DNA of 63,962 nt, filler included, from Reticulomyxa filosa (taxonomy: Eukaryota; Protista; Foraminifera), in the NCBI GenBank assembly GCA_000512085.1. It is 13 parts of 13 records of this genome, joined end to end, with 100 filler letters (N's around TTAATTAATTAA, not from the genome) between each part and the next. Parts side by side here need not be neighbours in the genome. Positions count along the whole stretch, not along the records: positions 51,501 to 54,185 come from ASPP01001895.1; positions 54,286 to 58,534 come from ASPP01050223.1; positions 58,635 to 59,767 come from ASPP01028851.1; positions 59,868 to 61,691 come from ASPP01020567.1; positions 61,792 to 62,791 come from ASPP01042505.1; positions 62,892 to 63,962 come from ASPP01011311.1; 7 more parts are not named here. One strand, 5' to 3'. Made by a program: the position numbers and the translations under genes. Below the pieces are notes generated by a model that worked only from the letters and a program-made list of their open reading frames with translations, did not search any database and was not told where the DNA came from. Below, in pieces: positions 53,998 to 63,962 of this stretch (within the stretch, counting starts at the first letter, position 1; each line of letters begins with the position of its first letter).

Positions 53998-56869
53998 TCC
54001 ATAACTTTTTTTATGAGCCTAAACTTTTTCAGTGTTGATATGATTTTTGTTTACTACTTTTCACAAAATGAAAATTAATTTGGATAAAGTAAAATTGAAC
54101 AGTCTTTTTTTTTTTTTTTTTGGTTTGATGACTGAGATAAATTCAAATGGCAGCTTGTCTTTGTATGAAAAAAAGTTACAAAAGANNNNNNNNNNNNNNN
54201 NNNNNNNNNNNNNNNNNNNNNNNNNNNNNTTAATTAATTAANNNNNNNNNNNNNNNNNNNNNNNNNNNNNNNNNNNNNNNNNNNNCAAAAGGCCGAGAAG
54301 GTATGAACAAAATTAAAAAATATTCATATCCAAACAGTACAAAAATATCTGTTGATAAATTATTTTGATATCATATTACGCTGTTTCTTCTGCACCTTAT
54401 TCAAACTTCTTTTTTCCTCATATTCAAGCAAAAATACAATATTTAAATAAATTTTTCATTCATCAATATTTTATTACCCTTTTTTTGCTTTTAATGTACC
54501 TTGTTTCATTCATCTATTTCTATTGCTGAGAAAACATATGAATAGTAGCAAAAATACTAAGAAATTAGAATTTATTCCAGTTTCAACAAGTCCTTCATTT
54601 CTCATCAGCATTTTCATTACACCTTCCATGCCTTTAAGATAACTTCTTCGGCTATGTTTGTTGAAGTTGTACAAGCATGATGATGAAGTAATTTCAAAAT
54701 AAAATCCTTTTTTTTTATTTTGAAAGTTCAGACTTGATTTAGAAATTTACAAAAAAAGAAATTTGATTCATTTAAGGATAAACAAGAATAAAACTTGATT
54801 AAAATATTTTTTCATACAAAAACTGCATTTATAGATCAATGGTAATGTAAGACACGAGAATAGTGTTATTTTTATGCATAAAAATTTGTTTCTTACAAAT
54901 TCGAAATCTTTTTTTGCTCACATGCCAACAATGTAGTTTAGAGAGTATGTCTATTTGCTAGAATTTAAGTGTTTTCATGCAACCTTTTCCATAAATACGA
55001 AATAACATTTAAAAAACCTCTTGTTGACTCCAAAAGTTTTACAAGTAAATAAAAAACTTTGTGTTGAAACGCTTGATTTTAAATTGATGTGATGTTAAGC
55101 ACAATTATTTTGAAATTTTGTATTTTCCTTCGACTTAGTCAATGGTGGATTACAAATACGAAAGTAATTTATAATACAGTCTTACTATTGAATATTAAGA
55201 AGACAAAAGTAATATCATTCAATTGATGAAATTAAAAAAACATTGTAAAAATGTAATTTAGATCAAAGCAATAATTGATAGAAAGAATTTAATTTTATTG
55301 TTGTTACTTTGCGTCAAAAGGAATATCTTGTCTTCAATTCATTTATTTAATAGCCTTTAGATCGAATTGAACAATCAATTTTTATTTTCGTTGAAAATGA
55401 CTTTACTTTGTTAATTGGTCCACCATTTGCAACATAAAGTAATTTCATTAACGTTTTTGTTATTGTATGTACAGTTTCAATATGCGGTTCCAGTCCGTTA
55501 TTCTTTTGTGGAAAATCTTTAGAATTGTCAAGGCTAGAAAAAGTTTCACTAAACCAGTGAAAAATATGTACGTACATACAAAAAAGTTTCTAATACGGTA
55601 TATAATTTTTTTTAACTAAAAAAAAAAACACAAATTTTGGAACGATAGATAACTTGAATATTTGGCTAACATGAGGCCATTCACGTATATGTATGAAAAC
55701 TTTATACGTAATTAGATTTATGCACATTGTTGAAATTTTTAATGTTTGTCAAAAAAATAACAAAAATTCTATCGTTTATATTTCGTCATTCCATTTCTAA
55801 ATAAGACATCAGTAAATCACTTCATACATCATTGTTAGCTGATTGAAAGACTGCAGAAGCATTGAAAACTATATTATCAAATATTACAGAAATCCACAAG
55901 CGGTTGGAGTTAAGTTAATGTTTCTTGAAAATCTCCAACATTATGTCTTAAATTTATTGAATTAAAAAAGAAAGATAAGACAAAGAATGTTACATATTAT
56001 TGGAATTTGTGTTATGGTTTAACTTATGGTCACATTCGCATTTGGAGATAATTTATTTTTTGTTGGATAAGAAATGAAAGTTGTTTTTTTTGAAAAGTTT
56101 GATTAAAAGTAAGTAAGGTGATATTAAACTTGTTTAATTTGATCGGATTCAAGCATTAAAAGATGTGTTCTATCTTACTTTGTTTAAAAAAATTGAAAAA
56201 GTTGCGTTTAATGCAGCAGTAATTTAAGAGAATGCAACCAGATAAAGAGATCCTTAATATCTCAGGAATAGTTTGTCTTAAGATAACTCTCTCTAAGCTG
56301 TAGCTGTGCAAAGCGAATATATCCTTCATTATAATATTTTATATACTTTTACATCACTTGACATGTAAAATAACAAAAACATTATTTGAAAATAATTTAA
56401 GAAACAACAAGTCCAATCTGTGAGCAATTGATGATCCTTGATATAATTACATTTAATACAATGATCGAGTGATGCACAAAAAGAGGAAATTTCAGATAAG
56501 TATTACATTATCTTCATTTAATGATTGCTACTTGGAGAACAAATGATATGAAAATATTAAATTATTCATAGAAATAAGAAATTTATTCCAATATACGAAA
56601 TAATGTGCACAACGATTATATCACAATTTTCAGATGCAAACAAAGTTCATGAAATTAAATTCCAAATTAGACTTAAACAATAATATTAAATTGGAAAATC
56701 AAAGAAACGATATCACTGAAAATCGCTGAAAACAAAGATGTTGAAAAAATATTATTCTAAAAATCTGTTTACATTCATTCTTTACGTTTTTGGCAACACG
56801 ATATTTTAAATGAAGCAAAAAAAAGATAAATCAATAAGCTTTATTCACATATGTTTATTCCCAAAATAA

Positions 56870-57270
56870 ATTAGGCCCTTGATTGACACTCATTTTTTAT
56901 TTAATTTCTTTTTTCAATTGTTCGATTTCAGTAAGTTGATTGTCCAAATTAATGATATATTTAAATGTTCATTCATGTCTTTTTCTCCCTTTAAAATCAC
57001 ATTACAATCGTCCGTTTTTCTTCATTCTTCAAATTATTTTCAAACCTTGGTGAATAATTTTTGACATATGACAATCAGTTGTATTTAAGTTGTCTTTTCT
57101 TTAATAAGTTGTAATTGTTGTTCACTTAATTCTCTCATGCAATCAACGTTTCAATCATATCTTCGTGTTAAATACAATTGATTTCAACTGTATTGTTTAC
57201 AAATCAAACAAATATAATAACTTGTTTCTTATACGTTGAATTTCGACACCAATTTCTGCAACATCATTGC
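56870..57270 (-). pseudogene. Degraded RING/TRAF-type zinc-finger family gene remnant
   Basis: Minus-strand fragments ICLICKQ, VEINCI*HEDMIETLI, VICQK and CDFKGEKDMNEHL, broken by stops and frameshifts. Confidence 0.5.
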
Positions 57271-58000
57271 TGGCCAAAAAGCTAAAGCTACTCCAGTTTA
57301 CTGTCTTTTTTGCTAAACATTATCTTCAACTTCACAAAAAAATTTAAAATAATTATCAAAACAAAATGCATACCAAATAAATGCACTCTAATAAACTGAA
57401 AGCGTTTTGATAGTTTGTTTAAAGTAATTAGTACTTGTTTCATCATTCATTACGGTACTACAAAACTAAACATCAACGTTGTGCTTTGAAAAAAAAAGCA
57501 AATGAAAAAAAACCTAAAAAAATATGTTAATTCGGGCGGCGCGAAGGTTCCAGAAAGCGCAGCCTGTTTTACCTTTTTTTCGACTTTTCATTCATTTACT
57601 TTTTAAAAAACTTTTTTGCATTTTTTTATCTGTTTTTTAAGACTTACCTATTTGGATTTTTTTAAAATATTGATGTTTTTAATAAAATTTTTTAAGTAAA
57701 TTTTAAGATATTATTGTAGAGTATATTTTTTTTATTACCTGTAACTGTTGCAAATTATGGTTTTAATTACTTTTTTTTTTGAATTTTCGGGTGTATATTT
57801 GCGGTATGAACTCATTTTTTCAAACATGTACATATCTTATGCTTGACATATCCATCAAAAGTAATTCATACGTTTGGAATTTGATTTAATTGAATTTTTT
57901 AAACAAGATGTTATGGTTAGCATTGTTTTGTTTTCGTTTTTGTAAATCAAAATAAAAGTTGCAGAAACAAAATTGTTTAATTTATAAGCGATCTTATTTT

Positions 58001-58534
58001 TTATAAATTTAGCATATTTGTTTTTATTAATGTGTTTTTATCCCTTTTAACAAATGGTACACCATCGTTAACTGTATATAATGCTGCACCTTCAACAGCT
58101 ATTAATTTATATTTTTTAGAAAGAAACATACAAAATAAATTGATATTGTGATTGCAGCAACGTTTTTCCAAAAACTCGTTTATTCTTTTTTTGTATTTTT
58201 GCTCATTATTATTTTGACATTTCCATTGTTCAAATTCAAATAATATTTGTATCGTCTTATTGATATTTCCTTGACACAAATCATCAAGTGCAACATAAAT
58301 AAGGTTCAGGTCAATGGAATGGTTCCACATTTTACTTATTTGCATAATTTGTTGGATATACTGATCATACTTCACCCATGTCAATAATATCATTTGTGTA
58401 TATTCATCTTCACTCTCTACTTTTGCATTCCATGCATAATGTTCCTTATGTATTTTCTCATCATCCCTACAGCTTATATAAGACCTTGCGAACAAAATTT
58501 CACGTTCATGTTTGAATGGAGATATCCATGATAC
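58001..58534 (-). CDS. Second copy of the PUB/ART-like family, C-terminal fragment
   Basis: VSWISPFKHEREILFARS...WNAKVESEDEYTQMILLTW...RCCNHNINLF, closely paralogous to 29094-29620. Confidence 0.8.
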   Translation of the reverse strand, partial: VSWISPFKHEREILFARSYISCRDDEKIHKEHYAWNAKVESEDEYTQMILLTWVKYDQYIQQIMQISKMWNHSIDLNLIYVALDDLCQGNINKTIQILFEFEQWKCQNNNEQKYKKRINEFLEKRCCNHNINLFCMFLSKKYKLIAVEGAALYTVNDGVPFVKRDKNTLIKTNMLNL

Positions 58535-58738
58535 NNNNNNNNNNNNNNNNNNNNNNNNNNNNNNNNNNNNNNNNNNNNTTAATTAATTAANNNNNNNNNN
58601 NNNNNNNNNNNNNNNNNNNNNNNNNNNNNNNNNNTTTATGTTATATTTATATGTTAGTGAGCTGCGTCGGTATGGGAGTTGTGTTGATGTGGGAGTTGCT
58701 TCGCGTTTAAGCTAATTAATTTTAGCTTTTACGTCGCT

Positions 58739-58810
58739 TCGCTCCTTAATACACATCGTTTCTATCATTATTACACATCGTTTCGCTCCTTATTACACAT
58801 TGCTGCGCTC
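58739..58810 (+). repeat. Three degenerate ~22-nt tandem repeats
   Basis: TCGCTCCTTAATACACATCGTT / TCTATCATTATTACACATCGTT / TCGCTCCTTATTACACATTGCT. Confidence 0.7.
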
Positions 58811-59867
58811 ATCTCATATATATATATATTTATATAACATACCTTTTGTACATTTTTTTAAAAATATACAAATAGATTATTAAACGGAAAAGTCGATGCT
58901 GGGATGATAATACAAAAAATATTGTCGATAAATTAATCGAAGAAATTAACAAAAAAGATAAAGACATCTCAACATTATCAAACATTATGATATATTTTGG
59001 TATTTTTGCCAGCTTGTATTTTTTATTAAATTGAGTTTAGTTGAAAAGGAAGTTGTAAGAGGCTCTTTTTTAGTTTGAATGATCCAAAAAGAAGAAAAAC
59101 ATTACGAAAATGTTGGTTGTTCTTGTGTGGTTTCATCTATTTGTTTTTTAGCATTGGGACAATACACTTTTTATTTGCTTGTCAATTTGGCAACGACTGT
59201 TCAATGTCTGACCTTCAAGTCTCCAGTTTTGTCTAAGTCTCAACTCACAGCAGACCGGAACAATTTGGATTCAACAAATCCAGCAAAAGAGCACAATGTT
59301 TGTGTCTTTGTTCTAACAACAACATGGGACCACTACTCAAGAAACGAAAAAAAAAAGAATAGCTCGTATTCTTTAATACTTTAAGCATTTCAATGATTAA
59401 TTCGAATATATTTTTGCAGAAAAAAAGAAAAAGATATAGTTAGTATAAATGAACAATTTTTTGAGATCGAACAAATGACACTATTTGCATTGAAGAATTT
59501 CCATATTCACAAATACATACGATACATTGTGTAATTTCCACGTCCTACAACATTTTATATTTGTGCACTTTCTTCAAAAAAAGAAATAAACTTGATTTAA
59601 AAGAGAGCAAAGTTGGTTGTTGGTCTACAATGAAACTTTCATGTGCAAGCTAGAAAAATGCTGTTTCGAATGACCAAGAAAAGCAAAATATGGATAGAAT
59701 TTAGTTTTGGTGTGAAGATCATCTTGATTTTTTAAACATACCCATGTTCAGAATCAAACTTAAAAAANNNNNNNNNNNNNNNNNNNNNNNNNNNNNNNNN
59801 NNNNNNNNNNNTTAATTAATTAANNNNNNNNNNNNNNNNNNNNNNNNNNNNNNNNNNNNNNNNNNNN

Positions 59868-59933
<66 letters not shown>

Positions 59934-61155
59934 GACATTGATTTTGTTGGTTATTTTGACATTGGGAGTAGCCTTTAAAGGCTGCGATGGAATCGCCTTT
60001 GTCACAGTTTTATGATCGTCTTTATTGTCGTCATTGTCATCATCAAGAGGGGTCAATTGTCCTTCTTCAAACAATAATGAACCGGGGATAATAATCACGC
60101 TATCACTTTTGTGATGTTGACGATGTTTGCTTGCTTTCAAAGAGTCTTCTTTATCTGTTGTGTCCAATTGTCCCCTTTTCTTATCCTCCTTTGCGTTCGG
60201 CGTTGACACAGTGTCGAGACTACGACGCTTCAATGCATTGGGCAATGGATTCGATTGTCTCGAACTGCCATTGGCAAAGCCCGAACGGCCTGTGCTATCA
60301 TTGTCATCGTCATAATCGTCGTTGTCCTCAAATCCTCCTTGGGAGATGCTATCGCTGCTATTGTTACTGTTGTTGCTGTTATTACTATTTGCATTCTTCA
60401 AGCCATCATTTTGTTCGTCTCTTTTCGCTTCCACTTCTTTATTTTTATCTTTGTCTTTATCTTTGTCACGATCTCGATCCACGTAGTTGCGGATCCTTGA
60501 ACCTGATGCTTTGTGTCTCTTTTTCCTCATCAAATTCGCACTGGAGAACGTGCGTTTGATCGACCCTGTCAATGTGTTGTCATCATTCAACGCCACTGGC
60601 TTCAGTTGGCTCGACCGAACGAATACTCCACACTGCTGATCACATTTGAAATACGCGACGTTATCAATTGAACCATTACTATTGCCTTTTACTTTTTTGT
60701 CTCCCTTGTCCATTAACTCTATTCCATACCATACTCCGGTTTCATCGAACATTGTTTGTCCGATAAACCTCACTCGACCTTTTCCGTAATTGTTCACATT
60801 TACCATTTCATTCAATGGGATTTGATTTGGTTCATTGTTCCCTTTTTTTTTTTTTTTTTTGGTATATTGTTGCACATGTTTAAAAATATATACATACATA
60901 TTTTTGCAAACATATTTTACTTTTCAAAACGGTCACAATATCTTTTGATTGCACAAAAATCCCGTGATTCGGTGAACACGCAAAGTATACCCGGTTTTGC
61001 ACCCTCCCATCGTGGTTCCCCTCTTTTGTTTGCAACTCTATACCAAACCAAGTACGTCCTGGAAAAAAATCAGTATGTCCAATGTATTTTACTGCCCCAT
61101 TCTTCCCATCCGATAATTCTACAATATCACCATAACAGATGCGTAACTTCGCCAT
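59868..61155 (-). CDS. Tandem CAP-Gly domain protein (CLIP-170-like N-terminus), 3'-truncated
   Basis: CAP-Gly 1: GAVKYIG..WFGIEL..EGNHDGRVQNRVYFAC..HGIFV. CAP-Gly 2: GRVRFIG..WYGIEL..KGNSNGSIDNVAYFKC..CGVFVR. Followed by a low-complexity tail with poly-Asn. Confidence 0.85.
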
Positions 61156-61791
61156 TGTTCCTATAAAAACCCACTTCAATTTCTTCACTCTCCCCCCTTC
61201 TTTTCACACTGTAGTTTTTGTATTCATTTCGTTTTTTCAAGTATCTACCCGGACAATATCAACAAAAATATCGAAATTTAAAGAAAGGGTCAAAGACAAC
61301 ATGAATAAAAAGCAACGCTACATTTTAAGTACAATAAATTGCTAAGAGCGTGCGTCTATGAAAAAATTTGTGAAATTTAAAAGAGTTGTTCAAATGTAAT
61401 TTTCTGAATGTGTAGAGATAGTATTGACTGCAACTTTCAAATAAAATTGAAACACCTAACAAATGAAACTTTTCAAAGAGATCAATTATCAAAGAATCGA
61501 AAACCGATTTATTTATCTAATTGAGCAATTCTCTGTTTTTTTTTTGTAAAAAGAAAAAAGCTTTGTCCCAAAATCTTTCCAAAAAAAGTACGGTATTTTA
61601 CAAAACAAGACACACATTACAAAAAAAAAAAAGATGGATTGTTTCTGGTACATTGAGTTTTTTTTTTTTTAATTGTTAGTTTTGGTTTTTTNNNNNNNNN
61701 NNNNNNNNNNNNNNNNNNNNNNNNNNNNNNNNNNNTTAATTAATTAANNNNNNNNNNNNNNNNNNNNNNNNNNNNNNNNNNNNNNNNNNNN

Positions 61792-62755
61792 TTGTTGACC
61801 AGATCGAATATCCCACAAACGAACACTTTCATCAGTAGATCCGGATAGTATTGTATTTGAACAACCAATATTTCCTAGTTCATTTGGTCCATATTTTACA
61901 CTCAACACACAGCCTTCATGTCTTTTGAATACAATTGTTTGTTTGGTCGTTTCAATATCCCATATTCGAATAGTTTTATCCCATGATCCAGAACAAATGG
62001 TATACCCATTACCACCAATTACACCAATATCACTACTTTCATTCTTGTTATTGTTATTGCTTTGTAATGGTGAAATATCAACACAACAAGCAGCACTTGT
62101 ATGTCCATTAAATGCATGCAATGATTTGAATGTTTCAACATCCCATAAACGAATAGTATTGTCACAAGATCCAGAACACAAATATCTACCACCATTAAAT
62201 GGTGAAAATTCAATACCACAAACAGTGCCAGTATGTCCATCTAATAGTCGCAATTGTTGATCGTCTTTAATATCCCAAAAACGAATGGTTTTGTCATTTG
62301 ACGAAAAACAAATGACGGTGCAACTATTATTATAATAATGATATGGTGAATATTTTACACAGTTTACAGATGAATGTCCATAGAATAATTGAATTTCGTT
62401 GTTTTCTTCTATATCCCATAAACGAATTGTATAATCATCTGATCCAGAACAAATGAACTGATTACAATCAAATGTAGAGTAATCAATACTAGTTACCAAT
62501 CTTGTGTGTCCGTAAAAAGTTTTGAGTAATGTAGACTTTGAACGAAACATATCGAGCGTTAGGACTGTCGCTGCCTGTGTTAAATGATAATAACAAATAA
62601 TACCTGAATATTTTATTTACCATCGAATATAAAACAGAAGACATAACGTAATTGACAACAAGTTTGTCAAAGTCTTGAATCCATCCAAATCTAATGTGCA
62701 GCATTCTAATCCAATGTTGAATAATTAATTGGACCTCTTTTTCTTCTAACTGATT
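61792..62755 (-). CDS. WD40-repeat protein (expanded family), truncated
   Basis: Leader EVQLIIQHWIRMLHIRFGWIQDFDKLVVNY plus 5 WD repeats, running into the contig end. Confidence 0.88.
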
Positions 62756-62891
62756 AATCACAAGTCACACGTGTTAGATATAAAATAGTCANNNNNNNNN
62801 NNNNNNNNNNNNNNNNNNNNNNNNNNNNNNNNNNNTTAATTAATTAANNNNNNNNNNNNNNNNNNNNNNNNNNNNNNNNNNNNNNNNNNNN

Positions 62892-63095
62892 CTCGCCATC
62901 GCGTGCCGCGCCGTGCGGCAGGAACCCGTCGGGATCGTAGGTCCAGAGATGGGTGTTCAAGGCGTCCACCCGCTCCGCCGATCCCAGCAGGACCACCGCC
63001 CGCTCGCCCGCCTGCAATGTCTTGGTCAGCAGGCGTGGCAGCGTGTCTTCCAGGGACGATCGGGTCAGGTGATAGAAGTTGACCTCGGTCGCCAT
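62892..63095 (-). CDS. holC: DNA polymerase III chi subunit (bacterial), 3'-truncated
   Basis: MATEVNFYHL...LPRLLTK..GERAVV..LNTHLWTYDPDGFLPHG; lies 7 nt downstream of pepA, matching the conserved pepA-holC gene order. Confidence 0.93.
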
Positions 63096-63102
63096 CGGCG
63101 GA

Positions 63103-63962
63103 TCAGCGCTCGTAGTTTTCGGCGATCAGCCGGTCGAGCAGGCGCACGCCGAAGGCGGTCGCGCCCTTGGGCGTGAGAGTGTCGCCCTTGCCCGACCAGG
63201 CCACACCGGCGATGTCGATATGCGCCCAGGCGACGCCGTCCTGCACGAAGCGCTGCAGGAACTGAGCGGCCGTGATCGAACCGCCGTCGCGCCCGCCGCC
63301 GACGTTCTTCATATCGGCGATCTCGGACTCGATCAGCTTGTCGTACTTCGGCCCGAGCGGCATGCGCCACAGCTTCTCGCCGATTCCGGAGCCGGCCGCG
63401 CGCAACCGGTTGGACAGCTCGGTGTCGTTGCAGAACAGGCCCGCCCGTTCATGACCGAGCGCCACGATGATGGCGCCGGTCAGCGTCGACAGCTCGACCA
63501 TCGCCTGCGGCTTGAACTTCTCCTGCGCGTACCACATGGCATCGCACAGGATCAGGCGGCCCTCCGCATCGGTATTGATGACCTCGACCGTCTGCCCCGA
63601 CATCGACTTCACCACGTCGCCGGGACGCTGGGCATTGCCGTCGGGCATGTTCTCGACCAGCGCGCACACCGCCACGACGTTCGCCTTGGCCTTGCGCCCG
63701 GCGATCAGCCTCATGGCGCCGGTGACAGCGCCGGCACCGCCCATGTCCCACTTCATGTCTTCCATGCCGGCGGCCGGCTTCAGCGAGATGCCGCCGGTGT
63801 CGAAGCACACGCCCTTGCCGATCAGGCGACCGGCGCCTGCCCTTTCGGACCATTCATCCACTTCATGACGAGGAGCTGCGAGTCGCGCCCACTGCCCTGG
63901 CCGACGGCCAGCAGGGTCTCCATGCCGAGCTTCTTCATCTGGGCCTCGCCCAGGATCTCGAC
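63103..63962 (-). CDS. pepA: Leucyl aminopeptidase (M17), bacterial, 5'-truncated, with one-base frameshift at ~63825
   Basis: [47 protein letters not shown]. An upstream frame continues as [20 protein letters not shown]. Confidence 0.95.
   Translation of the reverse strand, partial: RDPGRGPDEEARHGDPAGRRPGQWARLAAPRHEVDEWSERAGAGRLIGKGVCFDTGGISLKPAAGMEDMKWDMGGAGAVTGAMRLIAGRKAKANVVAVCALVENMPDGNAQRPGDVVKSMSGQTVEVINTDAEGRLILCDAMWYAQEKFKPQAMVELSTLTGAIIVALGHERAGLFCNDTELSNRLRAAGSGIGEKLWRMPLGPKYDKLIESEIADMKNVGGGRDGGSITAAQFLQRFVQDGVAWAHIDIAGVAWSGKGDTLTPKGATAFGVRLLDRLIAENYER

Noticed and set aside
62892-63962. Horizontal transfer of pepA-holC into the host genome
   Set aside because: Separate contig with no host junction and no amelioration of GC content.

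Overview
This window is not one continuous locus. It is 13 contigs joined by identical artificial 100-nt spacers (44 N + TTAATTAATTAA + 44 N). Twelve contigs are very AT-rich, intron-rich eukaryotic DNA. Their expanded WD40 and TRAF-like families, poly-A/T introns and Asn runs suggest a foraminiferan such as Reticulomyxa filosa (my inference). The last contig (62892-63962) is GC-rich bacterial DNA carrying pepA-holC, probably from an alphaproteobacterium. The standout is a hand-spliced 15-exon gene (202-4340, ~882 aa, all introns GT-AG and in frame). It encodes a Cys-less pentameric ligand-gated ion channel fused after M4 to a paladin/PTP-like phytase domain with an intact CX5R motif, i.e. a putative channel-phosphatase 'chanzyme'. 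Other notable items: a multicopy CUE-like/PUB/ADP-ribosyltransferase-like family; a WD40 repertoire with a shared N-terminal leader and variable top-face residues; a Crinkler-type restriction-endonuclease-fold gene flanked by direct repeats; and two predicted pseudo-enzymes (PAP2 and alpha/beta hydrolase). Housekeeping-type genes include MMACHC, a SNF1/MARK-type kinase, PIP5K, BiP, a DEAD-box helicase and a tandem CAP-Gly protein. All calls come from reading motifs by eye; no searches were run.
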